In this document: piece by piece, positions 27,641 through 42,500 of the stretch
How positions within the stretch are numbered: position 1 is the first letter of the stretch
Layout: the number at the start of each line of letters is the position of its first letter
Virus record (IMG/VR): IMGVR_UViG_3300008110_000030
Coordinates: 124,001 to 188,000 of that record
Reading direction: 5' to 3' (one strand)
Length of the DNA: 64,000 nt
Notes under the pieces: model-generated
The model's database searches: none
What the model saw: the letters and a program-made list of their open reading frames with translations, nothing else
Told to the model about the DNA's origin: nothing
Translations under genes and position numbers: made by a program

Positions 27641-29890
27641 TTAACCTATTTGAGATGAACCAACACCCGCCCTAATAATATAGTTAATTGTTAAGTATGG
27701 GTTAGTGATAGGAATATTAAAGTTCCTGTTTAAAGTTTGTCCTGATCCTGGTGAAAATTGAATTTGATCTGATCCAGATGAAAATGTATTCAATGTATGT
27801 TGACTTGATCCACCTTCTCCACCATTTGAAGATGCTGTAAAGTTTCCAGTTCTATTTGCAATTCTATCTGTAGAATTTAGTGGAACACTTTCTCTCAACA
27901 CCACTAGTGTAAATGTTAGTGTGGCATTAGCATTGGCAGTAATTTGATTGTTTAAAATTACTGTATTTGAATTTGGAATACTCGTAACTATTGTTCCTGG
28001 GGCAATGCTTGTATCAGTACTTGTCACTTGCATACCAATTGAAATATTATCAGTGTTAGAAACCGTAACTGATGTTTGGGTAGTTTGTCCAACAACCACT
28101 GTCTTTTGTACTACAGAATTAGCAAATGAGTTTGCCATACCAACGTTGCCAAGAGGGAATCTGCCTCGTAAGTCAGGAAGTCTAAAGTACGTTCCGCCAG
28201 CGCCGCTACCGTAGGTAGTTCCAATAGTTTGATAAAGAGTAGGGTATTCTGTTCTACTAACTAATGCACCGTCGCATAGTAAGTATCCTAAAGGAACTGC
28301 GGTTGCCGCAAACGGAAAAATACTTCCAATTGGAACAAATGCTTCGCCTAATAAGAAACTTGTACGTGTCACTCTACGCAATCCAACGTTAGATCTATGT
28401 ATTAAGATAGTGTCGTCTGTTCTGTTGTCTAATACTTCTGGTTTTCCTCTAATTGCAGAGTCAGCAAGTGTAGCACCAATTGTTAGTGTTCCGCCTGTTC
28501 CGTTGAAGCTTACAGGAGCAGGACTTGTTAAGTCGCCACCAAGTTGAAAATTCGTTGATGCCGCTAAAGAGCTGGCTGCACCAATTACTGTACCAGTAAC
28601 TGTACCTGTGAACGCACCGCTAAATGCACCGCTAAATGTGTTTGCATATATAGTTTTAAATCTATTAGTAGGTGTACCAATATCATAGAGATTATTTGCT
28701 TGCGGTATAATTGCTGGACCAGTAATTGTTCCACCAAATTCATCTAACTCACCTACACGCAAGTGTCCGCTGGAAGTAATATTTTTACCAACATATAAAT
28801 TTTTTGCAATACCAGCGCCGCCTCTAATTTGTAAGGAGCCGCTGGTAGCACTTGTACTATCCAATATGCCAGTTGTAATTAAATGTCCACTAATGAATGC
28901 ATCACCATTAACATCCAATTCTGCATTTGGTAACGGGTGATTAATACCAACTCGTTTGTTCTTTCCGTCAATTTTTAAAATGACGTTGTTAGATCCTTGA
29001 TATGCAATTACCATATCAATTGAGCCGCCGTCTGAAGTATTCTTAATTACTCCAGCTCCTTGAACAACTGCTAAACTTAAATTATTTGCAGTTCCAATTG
29101 TAACTCCTGCATCATTTAATATAGATTGTTGGCCATAAAATAAGTTTGACGTATCTCTTCGAGCAAAATTATCAGCTGACACTGTTTCTAAACTTGGTGT
29201 TAGAACGTTTAATGCGTCTGCTGAAGTTGATGTTCCATGAATTTTTGCACCTGTTGTAGGTGTTATAGTGTCTCCAGGACCTATAAATTTTTTGCTAGTA
29301 ATATTGATACCAGGATTTAATTGATTAAATCCTTCAATTGTTTTTTGCGGAATAAAACTTTCAGTTGCAATAATTTTTATAGCACTATCATTGTTGTATT
29401 CAATAGTTACAAAATGTTCAACTCCTGAACTATCTAATATAGCTTCAACGTACACTCCAGATTTTTTACCTGACAGTGCTGATGGACCAACTAGTACCCA
29501 ATCTGTACCGTTGTACAAGTTTAATTGTTGAGTTAATGTGTCAACCCAAAGATCACCTAATAGTGCATTAGTTGGTCTACCTAGAGTAGGGGCAACGTGA
29601 GTTCCCCCTGCAGGTCTCCAATTATTTGTGCCACCTGTGGAGTCGTTAATATACAATCTTTTAGTACTGTTGTTATACCATAGCTGACCTTCAATACTGT
29701 TACTAGGGGACAGTGGGCTAGCAAAATTTTCTAAAAGATGTACAAAATTCTTTGCAACAGCAACGCCATAATTAGAATAATTTCTACCAACAAGACTTAG
29801 ACTGGTACTGGTATTATTTTCAGTTAAATCATTAACTGTTATAGGATTAGAACTCTTCCCTGGATCACTAAAAGAAATTGAATACGGCAT
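27641..29890 (-). CDS. Tail fibre protein with phage tail-collar domain
   Basis: PIGSIFPFA...GYLLCDG...YPTLYQTIGTTYG...FRLPDLRGRFPLG and C-terminal PYLTINYII. Confidence 0.85.
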   Translation of the reverse strand: MPYSISFSDPGKSSNPITVNDLTENNTSTSLSLVGRNYSNYGVAVAKNFVHLLENFASPLSPSNSIEGQLWYNNSTKRLYINDSTGGTNNWRPAGGTHVAPTLGRPTNALLGDLWVDTLTQQLNLYNGTDWVLVGPSALSGKKSGVYVEAILDSSGVEHFVTIEYNNDSAIKIIATESFIPQKTIEGFNQLNPGINITSKKFIGPGDTITPTTGAKIHGTSTSADALNVLTPSLETVSADNFARRDTSNLFYGQQSILNDAGVTIGTANNLSLAVVQGAGVIKNTSDGGSIDMVIAYQGSNNVILKIDGKNKRVGINHPLPNAELDVNGDAFISGHLITTGILDSTSATSGSLQIRGGAGIAKNLYVGKNITSSGHLRVGELDEFGGTITGPAIIPQANNLYDIGTPTNRFKTIYANTFSGAFSGAFTGTVTGTVIGAASSLAASTNFQLGGDLTSPAPVSFNGTGGTLTIGATLADSAIRGKPEVLDNRTDDTILIHRSNVGLRRVTRTSFLLGEAFVPIGSIFPFAATAVPLGYLLCDGALVSRTEYPTLYQTIGTTYGSGAGGTYFRLPDLRGRFPLGNVGMANSFANSVVQKTVVVGQTTQTSVTVSNTDNISIGMQVTSTDTSIAPGTIVTSIPNSNTVILNNQITANANATLTFTLVVLRESVPLNSTDRIANRTGNFTASSNGGEGGSSQHTLNTFSSGSDQIQFSPGSGQTLNRNFNIPITNPYLTINYIIRAGVGSSQIG

Positions 29891-29891
29891 C

Positions 29892-30566
29892 TTATGTCTC
29901 GCTAAATGTTGTTAGTGTCTGAATTCTAACTGTATAATCAATTTGAATCAACCTATTCAGACTCTTTTGAACTGGGTGAAAAATAACATGAGTTAATAAT
30001 CTACCGTTTCCAGCGATCCCATCTTCGCTACTGGCTCTAAGACCAATTTCATCAAATACGAAATCACTGTTCATATCTTGTGCGTTATCATAAGCGGCTT
30101 GTCCGTTAGGCTCGCCGTAATCTAATAATACACTACAAAAAATGTCAGTATAAACTGTTCCACGTACATGACGGATTTCTAAGAAATTTCTAGTAGGATC
30201 AATATTTGACAAGTTTTTTGGATCAATAATCTTATAATATGTTTGGCTATAAAGCCCTGAATTTACCCCTATATTATTAGGAGTAAGATATGTTATAAGA
30301 CCATTAGGATCTACAGTGCTACCACCGTTACCAAAACTCATGCCTTCAATAATTCCATAGCCTTGATTTGCTAGACTAGCGGCAAGAGCAACACTCATAT
30401 TTTCATAGTGAATAGCATTTCTTTTGTCCTCAAATACTTCATTTGTTTCAGGATCAAAAATTTTAATATGACCTTCAATATGGAAGCCTGCATTTTCTTT
30501 TATGCCTGATTCTTGAGCATTTTCTTGGGTATTTTCGTTCATTTCCTCAACCTTATTATTTTCCAT
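29892..30566 (-). CDS. Putative baseplate/tail structural protein
   Basis: In structural operon; FDEIGL...LLTHVIFHPVQKS. Confidence 0.7.
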   Translation of the reverse strand: MENNKVEEMNENTQENAQESGIKENAGFHIEGHIKIFDPETNEVFEDKRNAIHYENMSVALAASLANQGYGIIEGMSFGNGGSTVDPNGLITYLTPNNIGVNSGLYSQTYYKIIDPKNLSNIDPTRNFLEIRHVRGTVYTDIFCSVLLDYGEPNGQAAYDNAQDMNSDFVFDEIGLRASSEDGIAGNGRLLTHVIFHPVQKSLNRLIQIDYTVRIQTLTTFSET

Positions 30567-30571
30567 AGTAA

Positions 30572-30578
30572 TATTTAT
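30572..30578 (-). promoter_or_regulatory. Late promoter ATAAATA
   Basis: GGATAAATA, 5 nt before the ATG at 30566. Confidence 0.55.
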
Positions 30579-30589
30579 CCAGTGCTTAA

Positions 30590-33500
30590 TTAAGACAGTT
30601 TGCCATAGTAATACTTATCGGGCAACTCTGCTGTGAACTCTTGCAGGAATCTAGCCTGTGGAGTCGACTCTTGTTGTATTGTAGTTGTTCCGCCAAGGGT
30701 ATACCAAATTTTACCAATTTTTTGTACTACTTTGATGTCAACATTTGATATCACTGTAGAATCATCGGCCAAGTTTAGCACACTAGGATTTACCGTTAGC
30801 ACATAGTTATTACCAACTTTTGTAATGGTAAAATCTGGCGCAACTATTAAATCTCCAGTTTGATTTTGGCTGTTCACTTCGTTCGAATTATGAGTAATGC
30901 TAAAATCATGTCTGATCAGCTGGTTAGTTCCTCTAACTGGTTTAGTTAGAATCTTGCCTGCCATGTAGACCGTTACTTGATCTTCAAGACCAATCGCTTC
31001 ATTGAAGCTGAAATCAGTTAAAGTATAAGAAGCTACTGTGGTTACGTTTACCCAATTACCGTTTACATATTGCTGATATCTGTTGGTAGTTTGATTAAAT
31101 TTGTAATTTTCAGGAGTTTTATACGTTTTTATAGTATATCCTTCTCTGTAAGGGATAGTTTCATTATTTCCAACGTTGAATACTTTTGTCCCAATAGGAT
31201 AGCTATCAGCTACCCCTGTTCCAAGTGTTCCTCGAGTTAGATTTGTTAGTTTATTACCAACAATAGATCTGAATTCAATTCTTTCTCCAGCAACAAAGAT
31301 TGAGCTAGGTTTTGGATTATTAACATTAACCACACCAAATATACTTGTATCGCTGACTTCAATTTCTCTATCAGTTGATAAGAGAGCCTTTGTTAAAGTC
31401 ACTGTGCTGTTCTTTGATAATCTCTTAAATTGTACAGCGTTAGTCATATCTTTGAACATTCTATAAGAAACTGCTTCGCTTGATACAATGTCACTAATGC
31501 TTGTCACAACAACCCTGTCATTGTTTCCTAAATTAAATCTGTTTGATATTTGTATGTAGTCACGATCAACCACTTGATAATCGTAATTTGGAATTAGTGG
31601 ACGGCCGTTAACATCGACCCAAACGTTATTAATGTTATAAACAGGTCTGCTAAGTTTATATTCATTCCTATTAGGATTAGTTTTGAATACTTCTCTTCTA
31701 ATTAAATTCTCATCATGATTTGTATAGGTAACTACAGATACTCTTTGACCAGCTTGTATTTTAGAAGGAGATCTAAATGTTATTTGATTTCCAAAAATTA
31801 CATAGTCTGAATCACGCAGTATACATACTGCAATTACATCGCCCACTTGTGCAACTCCTGAGCTCATTGTAACTGTGTTATCAATTGTATCAAATTCGTA
31901 ATCTCGTCCCACTACTATGATTTTTCCGTTCTTATATACTTCAATATCAGATATTGATAACGTTCTTGTCAAGTAAGGAATATTTTCACCTAGTCTAAAT
32001 GTTTGAGAGTTTTGTGTAACTTCATAATATTCAGTTTCAGGCGGCATCATTCTTTGCGTTGGAGCAAGACCCCAATAAATTCTAGCTGTATCTTCATCAG
32101 GACGGTTAGTAATATGCGCACCCCAATATACAATATTATCAGGAGTTAATGTTGTTGTATTTGAAGTGTGTGTAACTTTACAAATATAATATTGACCACT
32201 GAAAGAAACAATGTCATTAACGTCATAAGAAGTTGTGCTTGCCCATGCTGAGAATTCTAAGTTTGAATTAGTTTGCGTACTCGTATGTCCAATTTTACAA
32301 ATATAGGAAACATTGTTGTACAAAACAGTGTCATTTATTACATAGTAGACATTTTCTTCCCAAGGACCTTTCCAGTCTTCTGTAGAAGAAGTTAGTCTAG
32401 TTACTGCTGCCATAACGTGTAATGGCGCAATGTTGCCAGGTGGCTTCGTTAGAGTATATGTTGTATTATTATCAATTACGATTTCTTGATTATAAATTTC
32501 ACTATAAGTTTTAACTGTAGATCCAAATAACAATATGTTGATCACTGTTCCTGCTGTTAAAGTAGGCGTGTTAGTGATAATAATCTTAGCACGTTTTGAT
32601 CTACCTGCTACTTTTGTTAAAGAACTAGTATTTGAAATTGAAATATAATAGCTACCAATATCTTGATAATTAACTTCTGATAATATTTCAAAAGAACTTG
32701 CGCCTGCATTTGCACTAGTCACAGTGTAACTAAATCTACTTAAAATACTATTTCCACCAATTGTTGTCTTTTGAACTGTAAGAGCAAGTGTATTAGTGGT
32801 TGACAGCTGGTCAACTCCATATTCAGTAGTAATAATTTCAACAGTGGTTGTTCCATTACTGTTTGCTGTTAATGTGTAATCAGTATTTTCTTTAGCAACA
32901 AAGTTACCAATTAAAACAAATATTTCTTGCCCGCTACCAATTGTATCTTGGATCACAAATTGCATTGTAGACCCATCCATTATAAACTGTTTAGTAGAAA
33001 TCAAATTACTGCCAGCACCAGGACTGTTAAACACTGTCATTGACAACGTGTCAAAAATCTCACCTTTGACTAATTCTTCTGTTGAAGGGCTGTGTTCAAC
33101 AGATAAAAATTCGCCACCGTCTAGACTAATATCAGTTGCACTTAGTCCAGTTGCAGTTCTAAATCGTATTTCACCCGCATCTGAAATTGTTGAGAAATCA
33201 CCGCCTGTAATATTTGTATCAAGAACGATATCATCAGTTGGTAGGTTTACTCCGTCACTTAATTCTTGACGTATTTCAATTTTTGTACCAGTAACTGGAA
33301 CTTGTGGAAGAGTCAATGTACTAGTAGATCCGTTAGTTGTAATCGTATTGAACAATGCGTCATTGTTAGTTTGATTTACAGTACCATAGTTTTCATCATC
33401 AACTCTAACGCCGTCAAAATAAACGTTAATTTTTGTTCCTAATAAAGGAGTATACCCTAATTCATATGTAGATGTAGTTCCGTTTGAAATTACTAACAAG

Positions 33501-36500
33501 TCTTTGTAGCTATTGACAAACGTATCCCATCCTTGTGTGAACCAAGGTAGGCCGTCCCAACCTGAACTAACTGAGAAGTTAAGTCCTTGTATTTCAACTC
33601 CACCAAACTCCACACCCTTTATTAGTTGGGTGACATCTTTTCCTGGCATATTTGCAGTTGGGTAGTAACTGGTAATAATTCTATCAACTGCATTTTGTAT
33701 GTTAATATTTTTAGCATACTGAACTGTAATTGTTGATCCCGGAGTTGGTATGTTTTTAAAGTTAATGTATCCAACATACTTTGTAAATCCAGTTTCAACA
33801 ACTTGTCTTAGTTGAATCAAATAGTCGCTAGTTATGATTTCTGAACCAGTATTGGTACTTGAATTTAATTCACGTACAATGATTTTATCAGTATCTAACT
33901 CTGGAGGGAAAGTTAATTTGAACGTGTCAGTATAGCTTTCTCCAGAAGATTGAGTAAACGTATCAACAGTATACAATGTGTTTTTAATATATTGTATTCT
34001 TAAATTCTGTCTTGCAGGCAGTGCAAGATTAAATGTAATCACTGTTGACAAATCATTTCTAAAAGTTATTCTGTAATTATCAGCACTAATTTCTGCATCA
34101 TTTAAAAACAACTTAATAGTTGATTCATCCTGTAATGCAGGATAGTTTGTGTCTGTACTAGTAGATGGATAAGCCAATACATAATTTAATGTTATTCCAT
34201 CTGTGTCAAGATTTCTGTTAAGAATTTCCCCAGTGTATAGACCTTTATCTGAAGTTCTATCAAACTTCATCTGTATTTGATTAGTTCTTACCTTGCTGTT
34301 TGATAACACAGCATACGCAGAACCATTTACAAAATTTGTTAAGTAGTTTGATCCGCCAGTTAAAATAACTCTAGGAGTTGTTAAATATCCGCTTCCAGGA
34401 TTTGTAACAATGATGCTTGATAGTTTTCCATTACTAATTTTAGCAATTGCTGTAGCACCAGTACCAGTGTCGCCACTAACAGGCACAATTGTAACTATTG
34501 GAGGAGTTATATAATTTTCTCCAGCCAATCCAACTCTAATATCTGATACAGTAAATCCATAATTTTCACCCCAGTGCTTGTATGGATAAACATTGTTAAT
34601 CATAGAGCTAGTTGGCAATTTAATCTTACCAGTTACACTATCAACATACGCAGGCAAATCAAAATCAGTTACGCCTACACCCATCTTTTCAGTAGTGTTA
34701 TAGCTAACTGTTGATTCTCTAAATTTAGATTTATATGGTTTAATTTCTTTAATAAAATCTTCAACGTAGCTGAAGTCATTAAAACGATAAACATCATCTT
34801 GATCTAGTGTGCCGGCATCCACAAGAGGTGTAATAAAACTAGTCTTGTATACCCAATCTACAAACAACTGCTCACTTAAAACATGTCTTACAGCAACAAA
34901 TACAAACTTTTTCCAATAGGACGCTAGGTCACCTGTAAAAATATTGTCTTTAATTGCATTCAAAATAATACGTAATTCAGTAGTATTTGTTTCATCAAAT
35001 CCACCTTGGTCATATCTAGTTACGTTGTCAAATCCAAGTCCGGCAGCGGCCTTATCATACAACTTGTTGTTAAATTGTACAGTTCCGTTTTCTCTAAACA
35101 CTAGATCATAGTCATCAAGATAATTGCCAATACCTGGTGCTGTCTTACGTAGAATAATTTTTCTACCGTCTCCTGGTGTTCTAATTTCAACTGTTGACCC
35201 TGTTTCAAAAATAAACGATTCTAAATCTGAAATAAAATTAATTGCGTATGTGGCAGGAACATCAACTGCATAAGAGGGATCAACCCAATCAATATAACTC
35301 CAGTATTTGGGTACATTAACTGTTTGCGTAGACTCTCTAACAAATGCTTTGTTTTTGTATTGATAGATTGCCCACTTGTCAATTTCTGTATCAAGTATAG
35401 TTAATACTGCGTATGGTCGAGCTATTAATTTTGGTATTTGAGTATATCCATAACCTTGATTTACAATTCTAACAGAAACAACACGGCCATTTAAGTCAAT
35501 AGCAGTTTGTATTGTTGCTCCTTGCCCATCACCATAAATTCTAACTGTAGGGGCAACTTTATAACCATTACCAGGGTCGTCAATGTTTACGCTAACAATC
35601 CTACCGTTGATTACTTCAGCACTTAATTTAGTTTGTGCTTTTCCGTTGGTGCCTATCAGTGATATTTCATCACTTAATTCAATGACTTCATCATAATGTC
35701 CTAAACTAATAGACGGGTAATCTTCAACTTCTTCTAAACTGGTTATATTAGACTTGCCAACAATATCATGTTTACGTAACACTTCATTGACATACTCAAT
35801 CATAATTTTTAATGCCAAGTCTCTATCTTTAAACCAAGACTGTCTTGGTCTATATGAAGTACCGTAACGTAATTTTGGAGACAATGTTGGATCAGGTACT
35901 GGATTTCCAGCAACATCTTGACCAACAAGACTATCAATAAGTTTATTTTCAATGCTAGGATCTAAATTTAAATAGGTAACATTTTCATTCACTAGCTGCC
36001 AATGACTGTGACGATTAATTTCTTTTTCAGATGTTTGATAGTACACATCAATATTAATTTTATCACCATTCAAAGACTTTTTAGCATTGGTTAAACTCAG
36101 TGAGTTTGTTGCTAAGAAGCTAGCAAATTTAATACCTTGACCTTTAGGATCCTCAATTATTCTTGCACAATCAAAAGAACTTAAATTTCTAAATGCTAAA
36201 TCTGGAAGAGTAATTTTGTTTCTGACCCAAAAGTAATAAACGTTAACAAAGTCATTGACAACAGGATCATAGTATTGATTAATTGAAAGGACCGTATTAT
36301 CTGGATTTAGTGGCTGACCACTTACTCCTAATGCTAATCCATCAGTGGTGTCAGCTAACTGTGCCCACTCGCTTGGTCTAAAATCACTCTTAACCCATTC
36401 GTATACATCAACAGTTGATCCTGGGAACAACTTGCCCCAGTTGTTTGCTCTAAACTCATTATTTCCTTGTTCATACCAAACAAATCTTAAGGTGCTAGTA

Positions 36501-39500
36501 TCAAGCCAAACCTCACCAACATGGTCGTCTAACCAAGTTGTTTTATTATCAACTCTTACTTTTGCTGAAGTTTCTAATGCAACAGTATAAACTGCTGGGT
36601 CGAATGGTTGAATGTATTTGATTTCATTCAATACCTTAGATGGCAACTTACCTTTTATTGGATCGTAAATTTCGTAATGATCAATAATTTCTAATGTACT
36701 GTTGTTATAGCTGATAACTTTTTTAATTTTATCAACATCAATTATTGCTTCCTGCACTCTAACTTTTGACCATGACCAAGAAGAGCCGCAGCCACATGCC
36801 TGATCTATATCACGCTTTTTGTCAAAAATTACAACCGTTCCAGAATCTGTATATGTTGTCAACTGATTAGAATCTTCTAAAGTTCCAATAACTTTTAAAT
36901 CATATTTTGGTGCGCCAACAAGCATGAACTCACCGTCTGTTGCAATTCCAGTACCATATCCGTCAAAGGACGCACTGTCGCCACTAATTAACGATTCACC
37001 AAAAACATATTTGTTTCCTAATTTTTGATACAAATAAACTGCTCCACTAGATTGTGCTTTGCTTACAAATCTAGTGCTGCCAGTATCAAATGTTGTTCTT
37101 AAGGGCGCAGCCGCAGATGTTGGGTTCAATACATATTCTGATCCATATCTTTGTGCAGAGTCAGTATATCGTTCAGTGTAAGTGTCAAATGCAACAGGTG
37201 TTGCTTGACCACCGCCAATAGCAGTGACTAATAATGTTTTACCGTCATCACTTAACGCTAGATTACTTCCAAATAGTTCGCCTGTTTCAGTTGCTGGTGA
37301 AGTAATTTTTTGATCCAAGGCGTATGAAGCGTTTGTTTGTAATTTTAATACATAGACCAAACCTGCATCTAATTTCTCTGTAGAAGAATGATCGCTAGAT
37401 ATTAGTAGTGCTGTGCCATCTGCTGACATAGCTAGTTTGTCACCAAATCTATCGTTTCTAATTGTACCTTGACCTGTGATAGTAATAGTTGTTGTAGCAG
37501 TTTCGTCTGTTAGTGAACGCAATGGTTTAAATGCCATACGTAATACACTCAATTCACTGATTACAAATTCTCCACTATTACCTGCATTTGTTGATCCAGC
37601 AATAATAACAGATTGTCCAATTCTAAAACCATCTGCAATAAAACTTCCATTGTTTCTAACTATTGAATTATCTGATGCTTGGAATGAAATAATTTGCGCA
37701 ATAGTGTTGTAGGATTTTATTACCCCTTTTAACAACAAGTCATTTGATTCTAAATAGTCATCTGCATATATTGTTTGTGTTAATTGATAGCTGTAAGAAC
37801 CTGGATCTTTTCTAAAAATAAACACTGCACCTGAGTGAACTTGTGTTCTATCTTTTAAGTGTCCAGGTGCTGATACTGCCAACACTGTTCCATTTTTATT
37901 AGATACAATGTCACTACCAAAGTTAGACTTTGAATTTACATCAGTGACTGCAGAGCGTAGATTGTATGGATTTCCGCCAACAGTATACACTTGCCACACA
38001 TTGCTACTGTCCAAATAATAAACAAATATTGCGCCAATGCCGCCATCTTGTCCTGGTGATGATACCAATAAGGTTGGTTTGTCAGATCCTACAAATTTTA
38101 CTTTGTGACCAAAGTTTGCACCTTCTTGTGCTATAGGACTAGCTAAAACAACTTCAGTTCTATACTCATCAAGATCATTATTAAATTTAACAATCTTAAT
38201 TGCACCCTCGTCAAACAACTCGGACGAAGACTTATTAAAGTCTAAAACTTTTTTAATTGGATCTAATGCCTGACCTAAAACTTTCCATTTTGCATTAGAA
38301 GAATTTGGAGCTCCTGAAACAATATATCGTATAGTAAGAGATGTATTTTCCCAGCAATCTAAACTTGCCCCGTGGAGTCTTTGTATTTCTGGTATTGCAA
38401 CTCCATTTTTTACATCTTGTATAGTTAATATATCACTGAAGTTTTCTTCTAACAAATAGCTTTGATGTAAGATAACATCTTCAGATCCAAGTGCGTTTCT
38501 TTCATATACATACACTCTGCCACGTTCTAATTCTGTAGCAGAAACAATAATATTTTTAGACACTGGAGCAATTATTGTAGTATTACCAAATTTTTGTCCA
38601 GACTGATTAATTCTTGGTCGTATTGGTAATGCTTTTGTGTTTGCTTCTTTTTCTAAAACTGCCCATGTGCCGTCACCAACATTATCAACCCAAACAAACT
38701 CGCAATTTTGCCATCTTGCAAGTCCTGGAATAGATGCTAAATCATCTAGGTTAGCAAATCTTGATGAAGCAAAATAATACATTGACCCGTTTAGTATTTC
38801 ACCAGCAGTTGGTATATCGTTAAATGCTGTTTTGACTACAAATGTTGTTCCATCAGGAATACCTAATACTTCGTAAACACCATTTAGTGGATCATCTAGT
38901 CTAGAAATTGATACAAAATCACGCAATTTTAGTTTATGCGCAACGTCAGTATTAAAACTGATTAAATTATTTGCGTTATCAACTGTATAATTAATAATTG
39001 TCACAGGGGACAGCGTGTATCTTTTAACTCCCCAATTTCCTGAATTATCAATTGCTAACCAAACAGTATCACCTTCTCTCAAAGAAGCAGAAGAAGACAA
39101 TGTTAGTATGTTGTTTTCATATAATCCAGTGAATACAACATCATCTAATCTTACATAGCCCGCAGTTGGTATTTTTTGATATTGGCTGTATCCATTACCA
39201 TTAACTGGAGATACATCAAGAGTTGGCCAAGGTTGTCCATTATAATCAGCTGGACGAATCTGCATATCAGATAATGAAACTTTGTATGCTTTATCTAAAG
39301 ATGACTTTAGATTGTTATATTCAAATTCAAAGATTTGAGGATCTTGATTAATTTTATTTTGGTCTAGAGTAAATTCTATTTCTTCATAAGAATTTTCTCC
39401 ACCAAATGTTCCTAATCTAATAGCCCACTCTTCTTGTAAACTAATATGTGCGCCTGTTGCAGTATTATTAGCAACTGCAAACTTCTCTAATGGAAGTGTA

Positions 39501-42500
39501 GTTCCTTTTTCTCTAATAAATCCTTGATAAAATTTATACTGACTTGACTCGTCAGGTATCAAAGAATTTAAATATGTTCTTGGAACATAACCTATTAATT
39601 TTTGTGCGTATTTTTGTTGACTGTTATCAAAGTTAACACTATCTAAACTATAGAATTCTTCAAACTGACTAATCTTATATTCAAAGTTAGGCAACAACTG
39701 TGCAACTGGTTGCTTGCCTAGTAGTGTCCAATCTTCATAATTAAAAAGTTCTCTAGCTAATGTGCGAGCTTTAGCTTGATAATATTTTGTTTGGTATCTA
39801 ACAACATTTCCAATTTCATAATCAATGTTAGGTTCCCAATCATTAATCTTGGCGCTGTCATATACAAATCCTGGAATGTAAAAATCACCCTTCCAGCCGT
39901 CTGTCATGAACCCTTTAATTTTGAATCTCTTCTGTCTATATCCAGAAGTTGGTTCGTAAATTAGATCATTAAAAATTGTTTTATTGTCAAAAACTACAAC
40001 GTGTTCTTTTTGTACTAGACTAATTTTTACAAAATAAACACCATCAGCCGTGCCAGCAGTATCAATAACAAAAGAACCTTCTTGTCTAGAAATTCTTACT
40101 TTGGTTCTATCAATAGTAGTACCATCTGCTTTTAGTAGAGTATAATCATAAAAACTATCGTATAGATCATCAACGACAGAATCTTCACTTGTAAAATAAA
40201 TCTTTTCTGCAAAAGGAGAAAGACTGATTACTGAACTGGTAGACCAATTTTGTAGACTCCAGAATAAAAACTCTTTTCCTGCTAATTTCCAATCTGCAAT
40301 TACATCTAGCTCTGGTAAAAGATTTTCAAATTTAAATCCTAAGGATTTAACTTGTTCGCCGTAACCAAGTATAAAATCAAATACATCTTGTATAGAATTA
40401 TATTTTGTTCCATAAGGCACAATTGTATCAACGTCTTCAAAAGAATTTGGTACAAATGCTTCAACACCACCAATTGCTGGAAGGTAAGGAAGTGGATAAT
40501 ATAATCCTGGATCAAATGCCTGCTTAGTCAAGTGAGTTGAAATTGCTCTATAATATTGTTGGCCGTTAGCAACTACTAGTCCAGCATTTACAGTGGCGTT
40601 TGCAGACCAATATATAAATGGTTCAGTTGTTCCGCCTACAGATATTACAGGATCATTAGTAGCATGGATTGCTTTTTTAATTGTAAAATAAGGAGAGTTA
40701 GAATCATATCCTCTCACCATATATCCAGCTTCTGTTCTTTCAACAATAATACCAGACATTGTTAAAGTTTTAGTAGGAGACCCTGTAGAAAGAACTAATT
40801 GATAGTTTTCTTCTGGGACATACACTTTGTCAACTGTTTTATAAGATGTTACTGTTTCCAATGCAACTCTAAACTTATCCTTACTTGTAAATCCGCCAAC
40901 TTTATAAATTAAGTTTGATTGAATTCTATTTAGGTAGTTTTGTAATCTAAATGCTGGATTAGAAAATCTCTGTCTTAAATTTTCAACAATGTAAGGATGA
41001 TAACCTGTTGCATAAACAAAATTATTATCTATTGTATTTGAAAAAACCTTTAGTGCAGACGGACTCAGTCTTTCTAAAGAATCTTTATATACGATCTGAT
41101 TAGCAATATTAAAGACATTTCGTGAAGTGTCAAATCCTAAAGTTGCATACTTAGCTGGCATTATTAGCGCCATTGCTATTTGCACTGCAAAAGGATAGAT
41201 ATCACTTCTTCTCCAAGCAGTTTCTGCAGGACCCATATCACCAAATGACCAGTTAGTATATCTTGCAGAATAATCAAAATCTTTTACAGCATTGACTTGT
41301 AAAGGATCTTTTAAACTGCCGTATGAATCTACAGGGATAATATTAGACAGTCCTGGTCTTGCATATTTTTCATCATAGCCTTTTCTAACTCCATTTCGAA
41401 TATATCCATATTCCAAATCTTTCCACATAACATCATTACCAGATGTATACGGAGCAGGGCCGTATTCAGTTTCCCACCAAGTTGGCTTTTTATAGAAGCC
41501 TAACATTTCCCAAGGGCAGGTATGTGGTCTATCTGTATCGTAATGCTGTTTGTAAATTTTTCTCCAAGAGCCGGTGATAAATGCATTTCTATCAATTATG
41601 CCATTTGAATTTACGTATTTGAATCCAAAGTTGTTTAGGTAAATTTCATTTTCGTTTGCTGTATAGTCAATACTATAGATACCAACCCATTTTAAAAATT
41701 CATCTTCAATAGATTGGTCAAATTGCTCAGACGTGTATCCAGTTTTTCTAAATATGCTAGGCAAAATTTCATTTACATCTAAAATTCTTGGATCGTATTC
41801 AACTTTTAAATTGTTGTAAATTCGTTTTTCTAACTCTAATAATAGTTGATCTCTGTCATCGCCAAAGCAAACTGTAACTGACCCGTCATGTCCTTGTATA
41901 ACTGACGTTGGTTCAATATACGTGTCATCTAAGTAAATTGCTGGCTCAAAACTAGGATATAGTCCTAGTTTTGTTGGTGACATAGGCATCACTGCACCAT
42001 GAATATTATTAAAAACTCTAATTAAAATCTCATCACTTACTGATAGTGTATTAACGAATCTAACTAACGGATTGTTTACATCAAAAGAATAATCTTTATC
42101 AATGGTCAACTGCTCTCCGTTAACATATACTAATATTGCCTTTTTGCCAAACAAAAATCTATCGTAAATTTCTGATCCATATGCATACGCCTTAATATTT
42201 GTATCGTTAACAGTGTATGTATAATCTCGCTTGTTTAAGCCATACGGCAACATATCACTATAATAAAACATAGAAGCAGGAGTTTTATCTTTAGCAATAC
42301 TTAAAATTATCTTATCTAATGCATCTGGAATATTAGCATACTCTGCTAATTCTGTAAATTTTTGTAATACTAAAATTTTATATCTTTGATATTCCAATGC
42401 AGACCAACGAATAGAATGTATTAGATTATAATCTTTATTAGCTATTAGTGCGCCTGCCATTGCAACCAGACCGTCGTGTTGAACAAATCTTCTTCCGTAT

